32,825 bases of DNA, taken from the NCBI GenBank assembly GCA_041498975.1, contig JBGQJI010000009.1:1-32825 (forward strand), in the 5' to 3' direction. Made by a program: the position numbers and the translations under genes. Below the pieces are notes generated by a model that saw only the letters and a list, made by a program, of their open reading frames with translations, was not told the origin of the DNA and made no database searches. The DNA is from Candidatus Methylomirabilis sp. Its GTDB lineage: Bacteria; Methylomirabilota; Methylomirabilia; Methylomirabilales; Methylomirabilaceae. This document shows positions 19,592-27,981 of this stretch, in pieces; positions within the stretch are counted from its first letter, which is position 1, and every line of letters begins with the position of its first letter.

Positions 19592-20897
19592 TGGTTTCCC
19601 GCAATGTCTTCTGCTGAGAGGCTCCGCGCCAGAGGTGTGCCGCCAGATCGCTCGCCGCTGAGCGAAGCCTGGCAGGCAGGAGCGCCTCGCGGCCTTCGGC
19701 CAGCACCACGCATACCCCGATGATGCCCAGGATCAGGTTCGGGGCCCAGACCCCCAGCGCGGGGTCGATGCGCCCTCTGGACCCGAGGTTTTCGCCGGCT
19801 GCGAGCAGGACATAGTAGAGGACGGCAAACCCGACACTGAGGGCAAGGCTGGTCCCACGGCTCGCTTTCTTGATCCGCATTCCCAGGGGGGCGCCGATGA
19901 GGCTCAAGATGAAGCAGGCGATCGGGAGCGCGAATTTCTTGTGCAACTCCACCTGAAGGGGCAACGCCTTGCCTCTGTCATTCTTGAACTCCTGGATCTG
20001 CGCCCGAAGCTCCCCCAGCCTCATCTCCTTGCCTTGCTTCGGCCGCTCAAGCGTCTCGGCGAGGCGGCTGGCAGACGCGATCTGAAGATCGTAGGTCTCG
20101 AACCTGAGGTTTCGATGCCGGCCGGGGTTGTCGCGCGAGGTGTTATGGATATTCCCTTGCGACAGTTGGATGCCGGTTCGTGAACCATCCCCGTCTTTCA
20201 CGTCGAGCATCCTGCCTTCCTTGGCGATCACGACACGCTGATCGGCCGGGTTCCTGCGATCGATGATCAGGATGCCGGCCAGCGATCCGCTTCGCTCTTC
20301 AAGGTGATCGAAATAGACGATAAGGCCGGGGTAGGTGGTATTGAACACCCCTTCCTGAAGCGCCAGGATGGCATTGGTGTGGTACAGCCGCTGGATCAGC
20401 CCGGTGAAGGCCCTGGTGCTACTCGGCTGTATCGAGAGGGTGATCCAGAGTGTGACGGCCGTCGCTACGATGCCCACGAGGAGGCCGGGCGCCATGAGGC
20501 GATACAGACTGAGCCCGCCGGTCTTCAGGGCAATCGCCTCCCCTTCGGACGAGATGCGGCCGTATGTGGCCAGGACGGCGAGCAGCACCGACATCGGAAT
20601 CGTGACCGTGAGGGAAAAGGGGAGGATATAGAGGAACATGCGGAGAACGACCCCGACCCCGACGCCCTTGTTGATGATGAGATCCATCAGGCGAAGCATC
20701 TTGTTCATCAGCAGGACGAATGTGAAGGTGCCGATCCCGATGGCAAACGCGGCCATCATCTCCTGAAGCAGGTGGCGGTCGATCAGGCAGAAGGGGTGAA
20801 GCCGCCTGGCAAATGCGATAGGCGGCGAGGACGGGGCGACAGGTTGCCCCGATCTCGAAGTATCGCTGATGACCGAGGATCGAAGAAGCCCCTTCAT
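19542..20897 (-). CDS. lptF: LPS export ABC transporter permease LptF (start uncertain, extended termini)
   Basis: LIDRHL, LPFSL..TIPMS, GRISSEGE..ALK.GG, EGVFN, ELHKKFALP, GAPLG, WAPN. Confidence 0.9.
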   Translation of the reverse strand: MKGLLRSSVISDTSRSGQPVAPSSPPIAFARRLHPFCLIDRHLLQEMMAAFAIGIGTFTFVLLMNKMLRLMDLIINKGVGVGVVLRMFLYILPFSLTVTIPMSVLLAVLATYGRISSEGEAIALKTGGLSLYRLMAPGLLVGIVATAVTLWITLSIQPSSTRAFTGLIQRLYHTNAILALQEGVFNTTYPGLIVYFDHLEERSGSLAGILIIDRRNPADQRVVIAKEGRMLDVKDGDGSRTGIQLSQGNIHNTSRDNPGRHRNLRFETYDLQIASASRLAETLERPKQGKEMRLGELRAQIQEFKNDRGKALPLQVELHKKFALPIACFILSLIGAPLGMRIKKASRGTSLALSVGFAVLYYVLLAAGENLGSRGRIDPALGVWAPNLILGIIGVCVVLAEGREALLPARLRSAASDLAAHLWRGASQQKTLRETKRSANGGQLTAKDKAI

Positions 20898-21035
20898 CTC
20901 CTCACCGATCCTTTCCCGCAACGATTGGGGGGTAAAGTCCTGGCTCTGCGAGGAACGTGACGCGATCTCTCGCTGCTCCCCATGGGGTTCGACTGCGTCG
21001 TCTCAACATTCCCGCGATGAGATCTGATGGCGTTG

Positions 21036-21086
21036 TTATCTCAGAAATCGCCACATTGATGCGGCCGTTGTAGGGCAGGAAGTCAT
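21036..21086 (-). CDS. Putative leaderless 16-aa uORF upstream of lptF (MTSCPTTAASMWRFLR)
   Basis: ATG lies 6 nt after the TACAAT -10 box. No homology evidence. Confidence 0.25.
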   Translation of the reverse strand: MTSCPTTAASMWRFLR

Positions 21087-21092
21087 GAAAGG

Positions 21093-21121
21093 ATTGTAGT
21101 TGAGGGACCATGCGAAGTAAA
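21093..21121 (-). promoter_or_regulatory. Putative sigma70 promoter for lptF-lptG
   Basis: TTTACT-17 nt-TACAAT on the minus strand. Confidence 0.55.
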
Positions 21122-21131
21122 CACAATTCGC

Positions 21132-21161
21132 TTGAAATCCCCCTCAAGTGCCTGCTATAAC
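21132..21161 (+). promoter_or_regulatory. Putative sigma70 promoter for the DUF502 gene (leaderless)
   Basis: TTGAAA-18 nt-TATAAC with an extended -10 TG. ATG follows 7 nt later. Confidence 0.65.
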
Positions 21162-21168
21162 AGCGTCT

Positions 21169-21840
21169 ATGGCAGCCTCAAGAGTGCAGCGGCGCTTCCG
21201 CGAACTGTTCGTGGTGGGACTGGCGGTGGTCCTGCCACTCCTTCTGACCTACCTCCTCTTGCGGTTCCTCTTCGAGACGTTGGACGGCCTCCTCGATCCG
21301 ATCATTCATGCCCTTCTGGGGAGGAAGATCCCCGGGCTGGGGTTCCTCGCGACCATCGCCATCATTTTCCTGATCGGAGCACTCACTTCGAACTTCGTTG
21401 GGCGCAAATTAGTGGCGATGACAGAGGGCCTCCTCCTTCGCATCCCCCTGGTGAAGAACGTCTATGGCGCCTCCAAGCAGCTCTTCGATGCGTTAACATT
21501 GCCCGGAAAAGGGGCGTTTCGACAGGTCGTGATGCTGGAGTATCCCCGCCCGGGTTTGTATGCCCTCGGCTTCATCACGGCCGCACAGGCCGAGGGGTTC
21601 GAGGACCTCGTCGGCGAAAGGACCGTGAATGTCTTTATTCCCACCGCCCCCAACCCCACCTCCGGCTTCTTCCTCATAGTCCCCGAGAAGTCGGTCATAC
21701 CCGTCCCCATCTCGATGGAAGAAGCGCTCAAACTGATTGTTTCCGGCGGGCTGATCGTCCCCACCGCGCTGCAGGCTCGTCGAGAGGGCGGAGATCAACC
21801 TCCTCATTTGCTCAAACCACACGGCCCGATTCACGATTGA
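21169..21840 (+). CDS. DUF502 family membrane protein
   Basis: GL.VVLP, IPGLG, RIPLVKNVY...KQ, F..VV..EYPR.G, VFIPTAPNPTSGF, EEALKLIVSGG. Confidence 0.92.
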   Translation: MAASRVQRRFRELFVVGLAVVLPLLLTYLLLRFLFETLDGLLDPIIHALLGRKIPGLGFLATIAIIFLIGALTSNFVGRKLVAMTEGLLLRIPLVKNVYGASKQLFDALTLPGKGAFRQVVMLEYPRPGLYALGFITAAQAEGFEDLVGERTVNVFIPTAPNPTSGFFLIVPEKSVIPVPISMEEALKLIVSGGLIVPTALQARREGGDQPPHLLKPHGPIHD

Positions 21841-21871
21841 TCAGGTATCTGTGTCAGGCGACCTCCTCGTT

Positions 21872-21907
21872 CCCTTCATCCTCGTCTTCTCCTCAGCGAG
21901 GAGAAGG
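21872..21907 (+). repeat. REP-like hairpin, CCCTC...CCTTCTCCC family
   Basis: CCCTTCATCCTCG followed by the stem TCTTCTCCTC-AGC-GAGGAGAAGG. Confidence 0.7.
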
Positions 21908-21942
21908 TGAGGCTGAGGCGGGAAGGCGGAGAGAGGGGTCTT

Positions 21943-23490
21943 ATGACGGAGCGGCGCCGGGGTAAGCGGGTGAGTGTCCGGTGGACGGTTCTCGGCTTGG
22001 TCGGGCTCATCGCGGTGGGGAGCGGCCCCCCGACGGCGTGGGGTCAGGAGGAGCTCTTCGTGGCGAACGACGACGTGGTGACCTTGATCAACAGCTCCGT
22101 CACGGTCTATACCCGCACGGCGAGCGGCAACACCGCCCCGCTCCGGACCCTCTCCGGCGCGGCCGCGGGGTTAAGAGGCCCCGTCGGCCTGGTCGTGGAC
22201 ACGGTCAACAACGAGCTCGTGGTGGCAAACAGCCGCAACAACTCCATTACCATCTACCCCCGGACAGCGAGCGGCAACATTGCCCCGCTCCGGACTCTCT
22301 CCGGTTTCCTCACGGAATTGAGCGGTCCAAGCGGCCTTGTCGTGGATACGATGAACGATGAGCTCATCGTGGCGAATCGATTCGGGGTATCCGTGACGGT
22401 ATACCCTCGCACGGCGAGCGGCAACACCGCCCCTCTCCGGAGCCTCCAAGGGTCCACCACAGGGCTCAGTAGCCCGGTTGGGCTCATTGTGGACCCGGTA
22501 AGCAACGAACTGGTGGTCGGGAACCCCGGCAACGCTTCTCTCACCATCTACCCCAGGACAGCGAGCGGCAACACCGCCCCCCTCCGGAGCCTCCAAGGCC
22601 TAGCCACGGGGCTCAGCAGCCCCAGGGGCCTGGCTGTGGACCTGGCGAGCAACGAACTGCTGGCGACGAACGTCAGCGGCTCCGTCACCGTCTACACCCG
22701 CACGGCGAGCGGCAACACCGCCCCCCTCCGGAGCCTCTCCGGGGTGGCCACGGGCCTCAATGGCCCCGAGTTCCTTGCGGTCACCACAAGCGTTGCGACC
22801 GACGCCTTCGTCACCCGCCTCTACCAGCACGTGCTCTCCCGCGCACCTGAGCCCGGTGGCGTCGCGGCTTGGGTTCAGAAGGTCCAGCAGGATGGCGCCG
22901 TTGTGCCGACCGTGCTCGCCTTCTTCCACTCTGCAGAGTTCCTGAGCCAGGGCACCTCCGACGCTCAGTTCCTCACGATTCTCTTCCGAACGTTCTTGAA
23001 CCGTGAACCCGATCAGGCGGGCCTCAACGCCTTTCTGGGCCAGCTCCAGGCGGGGCAACTCACCCGCGACAATCTCCTCGACATCTTCATCGACTCGCAG
23101 GAATTCGCTGACCAGGCGAGTTTCCTGCCGCCCCTCTCCCGCCCTGCGGAGTTCGTGACGACGCTGTACGTGCGGATACTGGGCCGTGGCCCGGATACCG
23201 CAGGCCTGCAGAGCTTCGTCGCCCCGCTCCAGCAGGTGTGTACCAGCGCGACCGTCCTCGGCACGGCCCGCAGCTTCCTCGCCTCCCCGGAGTATTTGGC
23301 TCGCCAGACCACCAACACCGAGTTCGTGACGCTCCTGTTCAGGGTTTTCTTCGACCGAGTGCCCGACCCGGCGGGGCTTGCCTCCTTCGTCGTTCTCCTC
23401 AACCAGGGGACGGTGACGCGTGACCAACTCGTGACCCAGTTCGCCGCCTCTGCAGAGTTCCAGGCGACCGTACAGAATCTCTGCTCGTAG
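21943..23490 (+). CDS. Secreted protein with five ~49-aa beta-propeller-like repeats and C-terminal DUF4214-like repeats
   Basis: Signal peptide (..TAWG|QEE), repeated ELxVAN...YxRTASGNTAPLRxLxG units, then FV..LY..L.R.PD..G..F / F..S.EF helical repeats. Confidence 0.85.
   Translation: MTERRRGKRVSVRWTVLGLVGLIAVGSGPPTAWGQEELFVANDDVVTLINSSVTVYTRTASGNTAPLRTLSGAAAGLRGPVGLVVDTVNNELVVANSRNNSITIYPRTASGNIAPLRTLSGFLTELSGPSGLVVDTMNDELIVANRFGVSVTVYPRTASGNTAPLRSLQGSTTGLSSPVGLIVDPVSNELVVGNPGNASLTIYPRTASGNTAPLRSLQGLATGLSSPRGLAVDLASNELLATNVSGSVTVYTRTASGNTAPLRSLSGVATGLNGPEFLAVTTSVATDAFVTRLYQHVLSRAPEPGGVAAWVQKVQQDGAVVPTVLAFFHSAEFLSQGTSDAQFLTILFRTFLNREPDQAGLNAFLGQLQAGQLTRDNLLDIFIDSQEFADQASFLPPLSRPAEFVTTLYVRILGRGPDTAGLQSFVAPLQQVCTSATVLGTARSFLASPEYLARQTTNTEFVTLLFRVFFDRVPDPAGLASFVVLLNQGTVTRDQLVTQFAASAEFQATVQNLCS
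22117..22760 (+). repeat. Intragenic tandem repeats with 147/147/147/144-nt spacing
   Basis: The core encoding TASGN(T/I)APLR starts at 22117, 22264, 22411, 22558 and 22702. Confidence 0.92.
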
Positions 23491-23590
23491 GGGCATCGCA
23501 GAGGTCAAGGGGGACCGCTGAGCGCCGGTCACGCGCGACCGCTTCACGCTGAGCGTGTATCTTAGCCTTACGGCTCGGCTTGAAGAAATT

Positions 23591-23627
23591 CCCCCTCAAC
23601 CTGTCCTTCTCCCCGGGGAGAGAAGGA
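23591..23627 (+). repeat. REP-like hairpin, CCCTC...CCTTCTCCC family
   Basis: CCCCCTCAACCTG followed by the stem TCCTTCTC...GAGAAGGA. Confidence 0.7.
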
Positions 23628-23746
23628 AGGGATGGGGAGCCAGGAGGTCGCCTGACACGTACGTCATGGTGAGTGTGCAATCGGCCACGTTGCCTGTTGC
23701 GTCGATTGAATTGTGCGCACATGACGGAGGGGGTCTCATAATTCGC

Positions 23747-23775
23747 TTGAATGAGCCCTGCATGGCTGCTATAAA
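23747..23775 (+). promoter_or_regulatory. Putative sigma70 promoter upstream of comEC
   Basis: TTGAAT-17 nt-TATAAA with an extended -10 TG. Confidence 0.6.
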
Positions 23776-23782
23776 GGCCCAC

Positions 23783-23926
23783 ATGACACACTCCGCAGCA
23801 CACGACCGGTCGTTCGGCGAGCCGTCCTCGGTAGTGCTGGCGGGGTCCCTGCTGCCTCCGGTGAACCCGCTCTTCTCGCGCGTCCGCTTCGAAACTCCCC
23901 TCGGGCTCGACATCTCATCGGGCTGA
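23783..23926 (+). CDS. Putative leaderless 47-aa uORF upstream of comEC
   Basis: ATG lies 7 nt after the -10 box and the ORF ends 22 nt before comEC. No recognisable homology. Confidence 0.3.
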   Translation: MTHSAAHDRSFGEPSSVVLAGSLLPPVNPLFSRVRFETPLGLDISSG

Positions 23927-23948
23927 GGGCCGCGGGAAGGCCGAGGCG

Positions 23949-26381
23949 ATGCGCCGCCCACTCGTGCCCCCGGTCGTCATGGTCCTCTCCGGAATCGCGG
24001 CGGCGCGGTTTGTCGTTCTCCCTGCGCCTGCCTGGCTCCTCGGGGGACTCCTCGCGGCCGGCTTGGCTCTGCTGTGCGCAGCGTATCGCCGGCAGTTCGC
24101 CGCCACCATCTTCCTCCTGCTCCTGTTCTTCTCAATCGGTGCGGGGCGTCTTGAGGTCGAACTCCGCCTCCTCCCCCCACATCACGTCGATCGGCTCCCC
24201 GAACATGTCCTCGAGAGCCCGCTTATGATCGAGGGGGTGATCGCGTCGCCAAGCGACCCACTGGCTGGGGAGCCGAGCGGCACCGAGGGCGAAGCCGGCC
24301 TGGTGCGGGTCATCCTCGACCTCCGAACGATCTGGCTGGAGGGCCGGGAGCTGGACGTCACCGGGCGGGCCCGCTTGACCCTTCTCCGTCCAGAGATCGT
24401 TCCCGCGTACGGGGACCGAATTCGCGGCCTGTTCAGGCTTCGTCGGCCGCGGGGGTACCTCAACCCCGGCGGCTTCGACTATCCCCTCTACCTCAGAACC
24501 ACGGGAGTGACCCTCGAAGGCTGGGCGGGCGACGCGGACGCTCTTGAGCGGCGTGGAACAGCCGAGGGCAGCTTTCTGTTCACCTGGGCATATGCGCTGA
24601 GGGAGAGGATGATCCTCGGGGTGAGCCGACTCCTGCCTCCGGATCAGGCCTCCCTGCTGGTGGCCGTGACCCTCGGCGAGCGTTCCGGCATCCCTCGCCG
24701 GATCAACGAGGCGTTCCTGGGCTCCGGGACCTATCATATCGTGGCGATCTCCGGCCTCAACGTGAGCCTCCTCGCCGGGGCGCTGTTCTTCCTTTTGAGG
24801 GGAATTTCCGTGCCGTTGCGCCTGAGCGCCCTGCTCTCGATGGGTCTCATCACGTTTTATGCGGCCCTGGCAGGCGGGAGCGCATCGGTGGTTCGAGCGG
24901 CGGTCATGGCTGATGTGTACCTACTGGCGCTCGTACTCGACCGGGAGGGCGATTCGTTGAACACGCTTGCCCTCTCCGCCCTTTTCCTCCTTCTGTGGCA
25001 ACCGCTGTTCCTCTTCGATGTCGGTTTCCAGCTCACGTTCGTCGCCACCTGGGCCATCCTGGCGGCGGTCGGTCGAGTGTCGCTAGAACGGCTGCCGGCC
25101 CCCTTAAGATGGGGCGCGGCCTCCCTGGTGTTGTCTGTTGCGGCCTTCCTCGGGACCGCGCCGATTCTTGCTTCGACGTTCCATCGGATCTCTCCGGTCG
25201 GCATCCTGGCCAACCTCGTTGTTGTGCCCTTGAGCGGGCTCCTCACGGGTCTGGGGATGCTCTTTGCCCTCCTGGCCGTGGCGATTCCCCGGTCGCTCAG
25301 CCTCTTCAGCACGCTCATCGGGCTCCTGATCGATCTGCTCGTGGGCGTCGCGGGCTGGTTCGCGCAGTGGCCGCTCGCGTCGGTCCGTCTCTTCTCCCCA
25401 TCCGTGTCGATGGTCGTCTGCTACTACCTTGCGGTGGGGGCCGGGGCCGCGGCGGCGGGACGGCGCTGGCTGCAGTGGATCGCGGTCTCGGCCGCGCTGG
25501 CCCTGGTCATCCTGGTCGGCGCACGGCTGGCTCCCATCCACCAGTTTAACGGGGTAAGGATGACCGTCCTCGACGTGGGTCAGGGCGACGCGATCCTCCT
25601 GGAACTTCCCGGGAGGCGGACCATCCTGATCGACGGGGGCGGTGTCTTCTACGACCGATTCGACATCGGAGAGCAGGTGGTGGTCCCCTTCCTCTTGTCC
25701 CAATGGATCGGCCGCCTGGACCTGGTGGTTCTTTCCCACCCCCATCCGGATCACTTGAACGGGTTGATGGCGGTTCTCCGTCACTTTCCGGTCGGCCAGG
25801 TCTGGGATGGCGGGCAGCGGGTCGAGAGCACGACCTACCTCTGGTTCCAGGAGGTCCTGCGCGACAAACGGATCCCGCACAAGATCTACGAGGCCGGGCA
25901 TCACACGTCGGAGTTCGATCCGGTCCAGATCGCCGTATTCCACCCTCCCAAGCCTCTGCTGCGCGGCTCGCCGAGGGGGCGCTTCTCCGACGTCAACAGC
26001 AACTCGCTGGTGCTGGCCGTCCGGTACGACAACGTCACCCTCTTGCTGCCAGGCGACATCGAGGACGAGGCTGAGCGCCTCCTGCTCGAGCGGGGGGCCG
26101 ATCTGTCGGCCCAGGTGCTGAAGGTGCCCCACCATGGAGGCAGGACCAGCAGCGGCCTGCCGTTCCTGCAGCGGGTCCGGCCGGCGGTCGCGGTCGTCTC
26201 CGCCGGCTACCACAACCGGTTCCGACATCCGCACCAGGAGACGATCGAGCGGTACCGCGCGAACGGCGTGGATCTGTTCAGGACCGACCTGGACGGCGCA
26301 GTGACCATCACGACCGACGGGAAAACCATCGACGTGGTGACGATGAGCGGATCCAGCCGCAGGCGCACGGATGAGAAATAA
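23949..26381 (+). CDS. comEC: DNA internalization competence protein ComEC/Rec2
   Basis: NPGGFDY, G.YHIVAISGLNV, SVVRAAVM, GFQLTF, then a metallo-beta-lactamase domain LDVGQGD, SHPHPDH, KVPHHG, RTDLDGA. Confidence 0.95.
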   Translation: MRRPLVPPVVMVLSGIAAARFVVLPAPAWLLGGLLAAGLALLCAAYRRQFAATIFLLLLFFSIGAGRLEVELRLLPPHHVDRLPEHVLESPLMIEGVIASPSDPLAGEPSGTEGEAGLVRVILDLRTIWLEGRELDVTGRARLTLLRPEIVPAYGDRIRGLFRLRRPRGYLNPGGFDYPLYLRTTGVTLEGWAGDADALERRGTAEGSFLFTWAYALRERMILGVSRLLPPDQASLLVAVTLGERSGIPRRINEAFLGSGTYHIVAISGLNVSLLAGALFFLLRGISVPLRLSALLSMGLITFYAALAGGSASVVRAAVMADVYLLALVLDREGDSLNTLALSALFLLLWQPLFLFDVGFQLTFVATWAILAAVGRVSLERLPAPLRWGAASLVLSVAAFLGTAPILASTFHRISPVGILANLVVVPLSGLLTGLGMLFALLAVAIPRSLSLFSTLIGLLIDLLVGVAGWFAQWPLASVRLFSPSVSMVVCYYLAVGAGAAAAGRRWLQWIAVSAALALVILVGARLAPIHQFNGVRMTVLDVGQGDAILLELPGRRTILIDGGGVFYDRFDIGEQVVVPFLLSQWIGRLDLVVLSHPHPDHLNGLMAVLRHFPVGQVWDGGQRVESTTYLWFQEVLRDKRIPHKIYEAGHHTSEFDPVQIAVFHPPKPLLRGSPRGRFSDVNSNSLVLAVRYDNVTLLLPGDIEDEAERLLLERGADLSAQVLKVPHHGGRTSSGLPFLQRVRPAVAVVSAGYHNRFRHPHQETIERYRANGVDLFRTDLDGAVTITTDGKTIDVVTMSGSSRRRTDEK

Positions 26382-26386
26382 CCCTG

Positions 26387-26414
26387 TTCTCGAACTTGGA
26401 GCCTGGGACCTGGA
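26387..26414. repeat. Single-arm degenerate 7-nt array
   Basis: TTCTCGA ACTTGGA GCCTGGG ACCTGGA. Confidence 0.5.
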
Positions 26415-26427
26415 AGGCCGCTCCTGG

Positions 26428-26451
26428 CGCCGGGGAAACGCCGGGGAAACG
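26428..26451. repeat. Perfect 11-nt tandem duplication immediately upstream of the xseA -35 box
   Basis: CGCCGGGGAAA CGCCGGGGAAA CG. Confidence 0.8.
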
Positions 26452-26453
26452 GT

Positions 26454-26482
26454 TTGACAAAGCAGGGGGCGTGTGTTAAGAA
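26454..26482 (+). promoter_or_regulatory. Putative sigma70 promoter for the xseA operon (leaderless)
   Basis: TTGACA-17 nt-TAAGAA with an extended TG. ATG follows 6 nt later and there is no SD. Confidence 0.6.
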
Positions 26483-26488
26483 ACCTCC

Positions 26489-27706
26489 ATGGCAGCCATC
26501 CAGCCGCCGAAAATCTATACAGTCAGCGACCTCACCGCCGAGATACGAGCCCTTCTCGAGGACTCTTTTTCCGGAATCTGGGTGGAGGGGGAGATCTCCA
26601 ATTTCCACCATCACAATACCTCGGGTCACATCTACTTCACCCTGAAGGATCAGGAGAGCCAGATCCGCGTGGTGATGTTCAAGGCGCAAAACCGGCATCT
26701 CAGGTTCCGACCCCAGGATGGGCTGGCCGTCCTGGTGTACGGCGAGGTCGGCGTCTATGAGCGCCGCGGTGAGTATCAGCTTGTGGTGGAGTACTTGGAG
26801 CCGAAGGGCCTCGGCGCCCTGCAGCTCGCCTTCGAGCAGCTCAAGCAGAAGTTGCAGGCAGACGGGTTGTTCGATGAGGCCCGGAAGCGACCGATCCCGA
26901 TGTTGCCCAGGCGGATCGGGGTGATCACCTCCCCTGTTGGCGCAGCCATCCATGACATCCTGCACGTCCTCCGCCGGCGCTTCGCCGGCGTCGATGTGCT
27001 GATCTACCCCGTGGCGGTTCAAGGTGACCAGGCGGCGCCGGAGATCGTCGATGCCCTTCGGGAGCTGAACCGGCGCGGCGGGCTGGACGTCTTGATCCTG
27101 GCGAGAGGTGGCGGTTCGATCGAGGACCTCTGGGCCTTCAATGAGGAGATGGTGGCCAGGGCGATCGCCGACTCCAAGATCCCGGTCATCTCGGCCGTCG
27201 GCCATGAGGTCGATTACACCATCGCCGATTTCGTGGCCGACCTTCGGGCTCCCACGCCGTCGGCGGCAGCGGAGCTGGTGATCGCAAAGAAAGATGAGCT
27301 GGCACAGCGACTGGACGACCTGGAGGCGCGGATGACCGGTGTCGTTCGGTCCAGGCTGCACGCGCTGATGGTGCGGATGGCCGCGTTGGATCGCCATCTG
27401 CGGCTGCTCAATCCGATCGAGCGGATCCGCCAGCAGCGCCGTCGCCTGATGGAGCTCTGGAAGGACCTCACCGGCTGGGCGGATCGGCGCCTTGTCGTGT
27501 CGTCCGGACAGCTTGGGGCCCTCGCCGGTAAGCTGGACTCTCTGAGCCCCTTGGCCATTCTGAGTCGAGGCTACAGCATCTGTTTGAGGTTGCCCGGCCA
27601 CGAGATCGTGAAGGAGAGCGCCGGGCTGGTTGCCGGCGCCGAGGTCGAGGTGCGCCTGCACCGTGGAAGTCTGTGGTGCGACGTCCGCGAGGTCAGAGCC
27701 GAGTAG
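26489..27706 (+). CDS. xseA: Exodeoxyribonuclease VII large subunit
   Basis: WVEGEISNF, SGHIYFTLKD, IGVITSP.GAA, ARGGGSIEDLWAFNEE, SAVGHE.D, RAPTPSAAAE, LSP..IL.RGY. Confidence 0.97.
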   Translation: MAAIQPPKIYTVSDLTAEIRALLEDSFSGIWVEGEISNFHHHNTSGHIYFTLKDQESQIRVVMFKAQNRHLRFRPQDGLAVLVYGEVGVYERRGEYQLVVEYLEPKGLGALQLAFEQLKQKLQADGLFDEARKRPIPMLPRRIGVITSPVGAAIHDILHVLRRRFAGVDVLIYPVAVQGDQAAPEIVDALRELNRRGGLDVLILARGGGSIEDLWAFNEEMVARAIADSKIPVISAVGHEVDYTIADFVADLRAPTPSAAAELVIAKKDELAQRLDDLEARMTGVVRSRLHALMVRMAALDRHLRLLNPIERIRQQRRRLMELWKDLTGWADRRLVVSSGQLGALAGKLDSLSPLAILSRGYSICLRLPGHEIVKESAGLVAGAEVEVRLHRGSLWCDVREVRAE

Positions 27707-27717
27707 AGGTCGTGGGA

Positions 27718-27981
27718 GTGCAAGAGCTCCGATTCGAGGAGGCGCTCAAGCAACTCGAGGCGATCGTCTTACGCCTCGAGATCGGAGACCTTCCCCTTGA
27801 GGAGGCCCTCTCGATCTTCGAGGAGGGGATTCGATTGACGAAACTCTGCTCGCAGCGGCTGAGCGAAGCGGAAAGCCGGGTGAACATCCTGGTGCGGAGC
27901 GCCGAGCCCTCCTCCGGCGGACTTGAAGAGCGCCCCTTCGAAGAGGAGGAGGGCGAGGAGGAGATGAGGGGACGTCGTTGA
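27718..27981 (+). CDS. xseB: Exodeoxyribonuclease VII small subunit
   Basis: FEEAL..LE.IV..LE.GDLPLEEAL..FEEG..L...C...L..AE. GTG start after GAGGT. Confidence 0.95.
   Translation: MQELRFEEALKQLEAIVLRLEIGDLPLEEALSIFEEGIRLTKLCSQRLSEAESRVNILVRSAEPSSGGLEERPFEEEEGEEEMRGRR

Noticed and set aside
22117..22760. CRISPR-like or DGR template repeats
   Set aside because: Spacing is a multiple of 3 within one ORF and the differences are mostly synonymous, so these are protein repeats. No reverse transcriptase is present.
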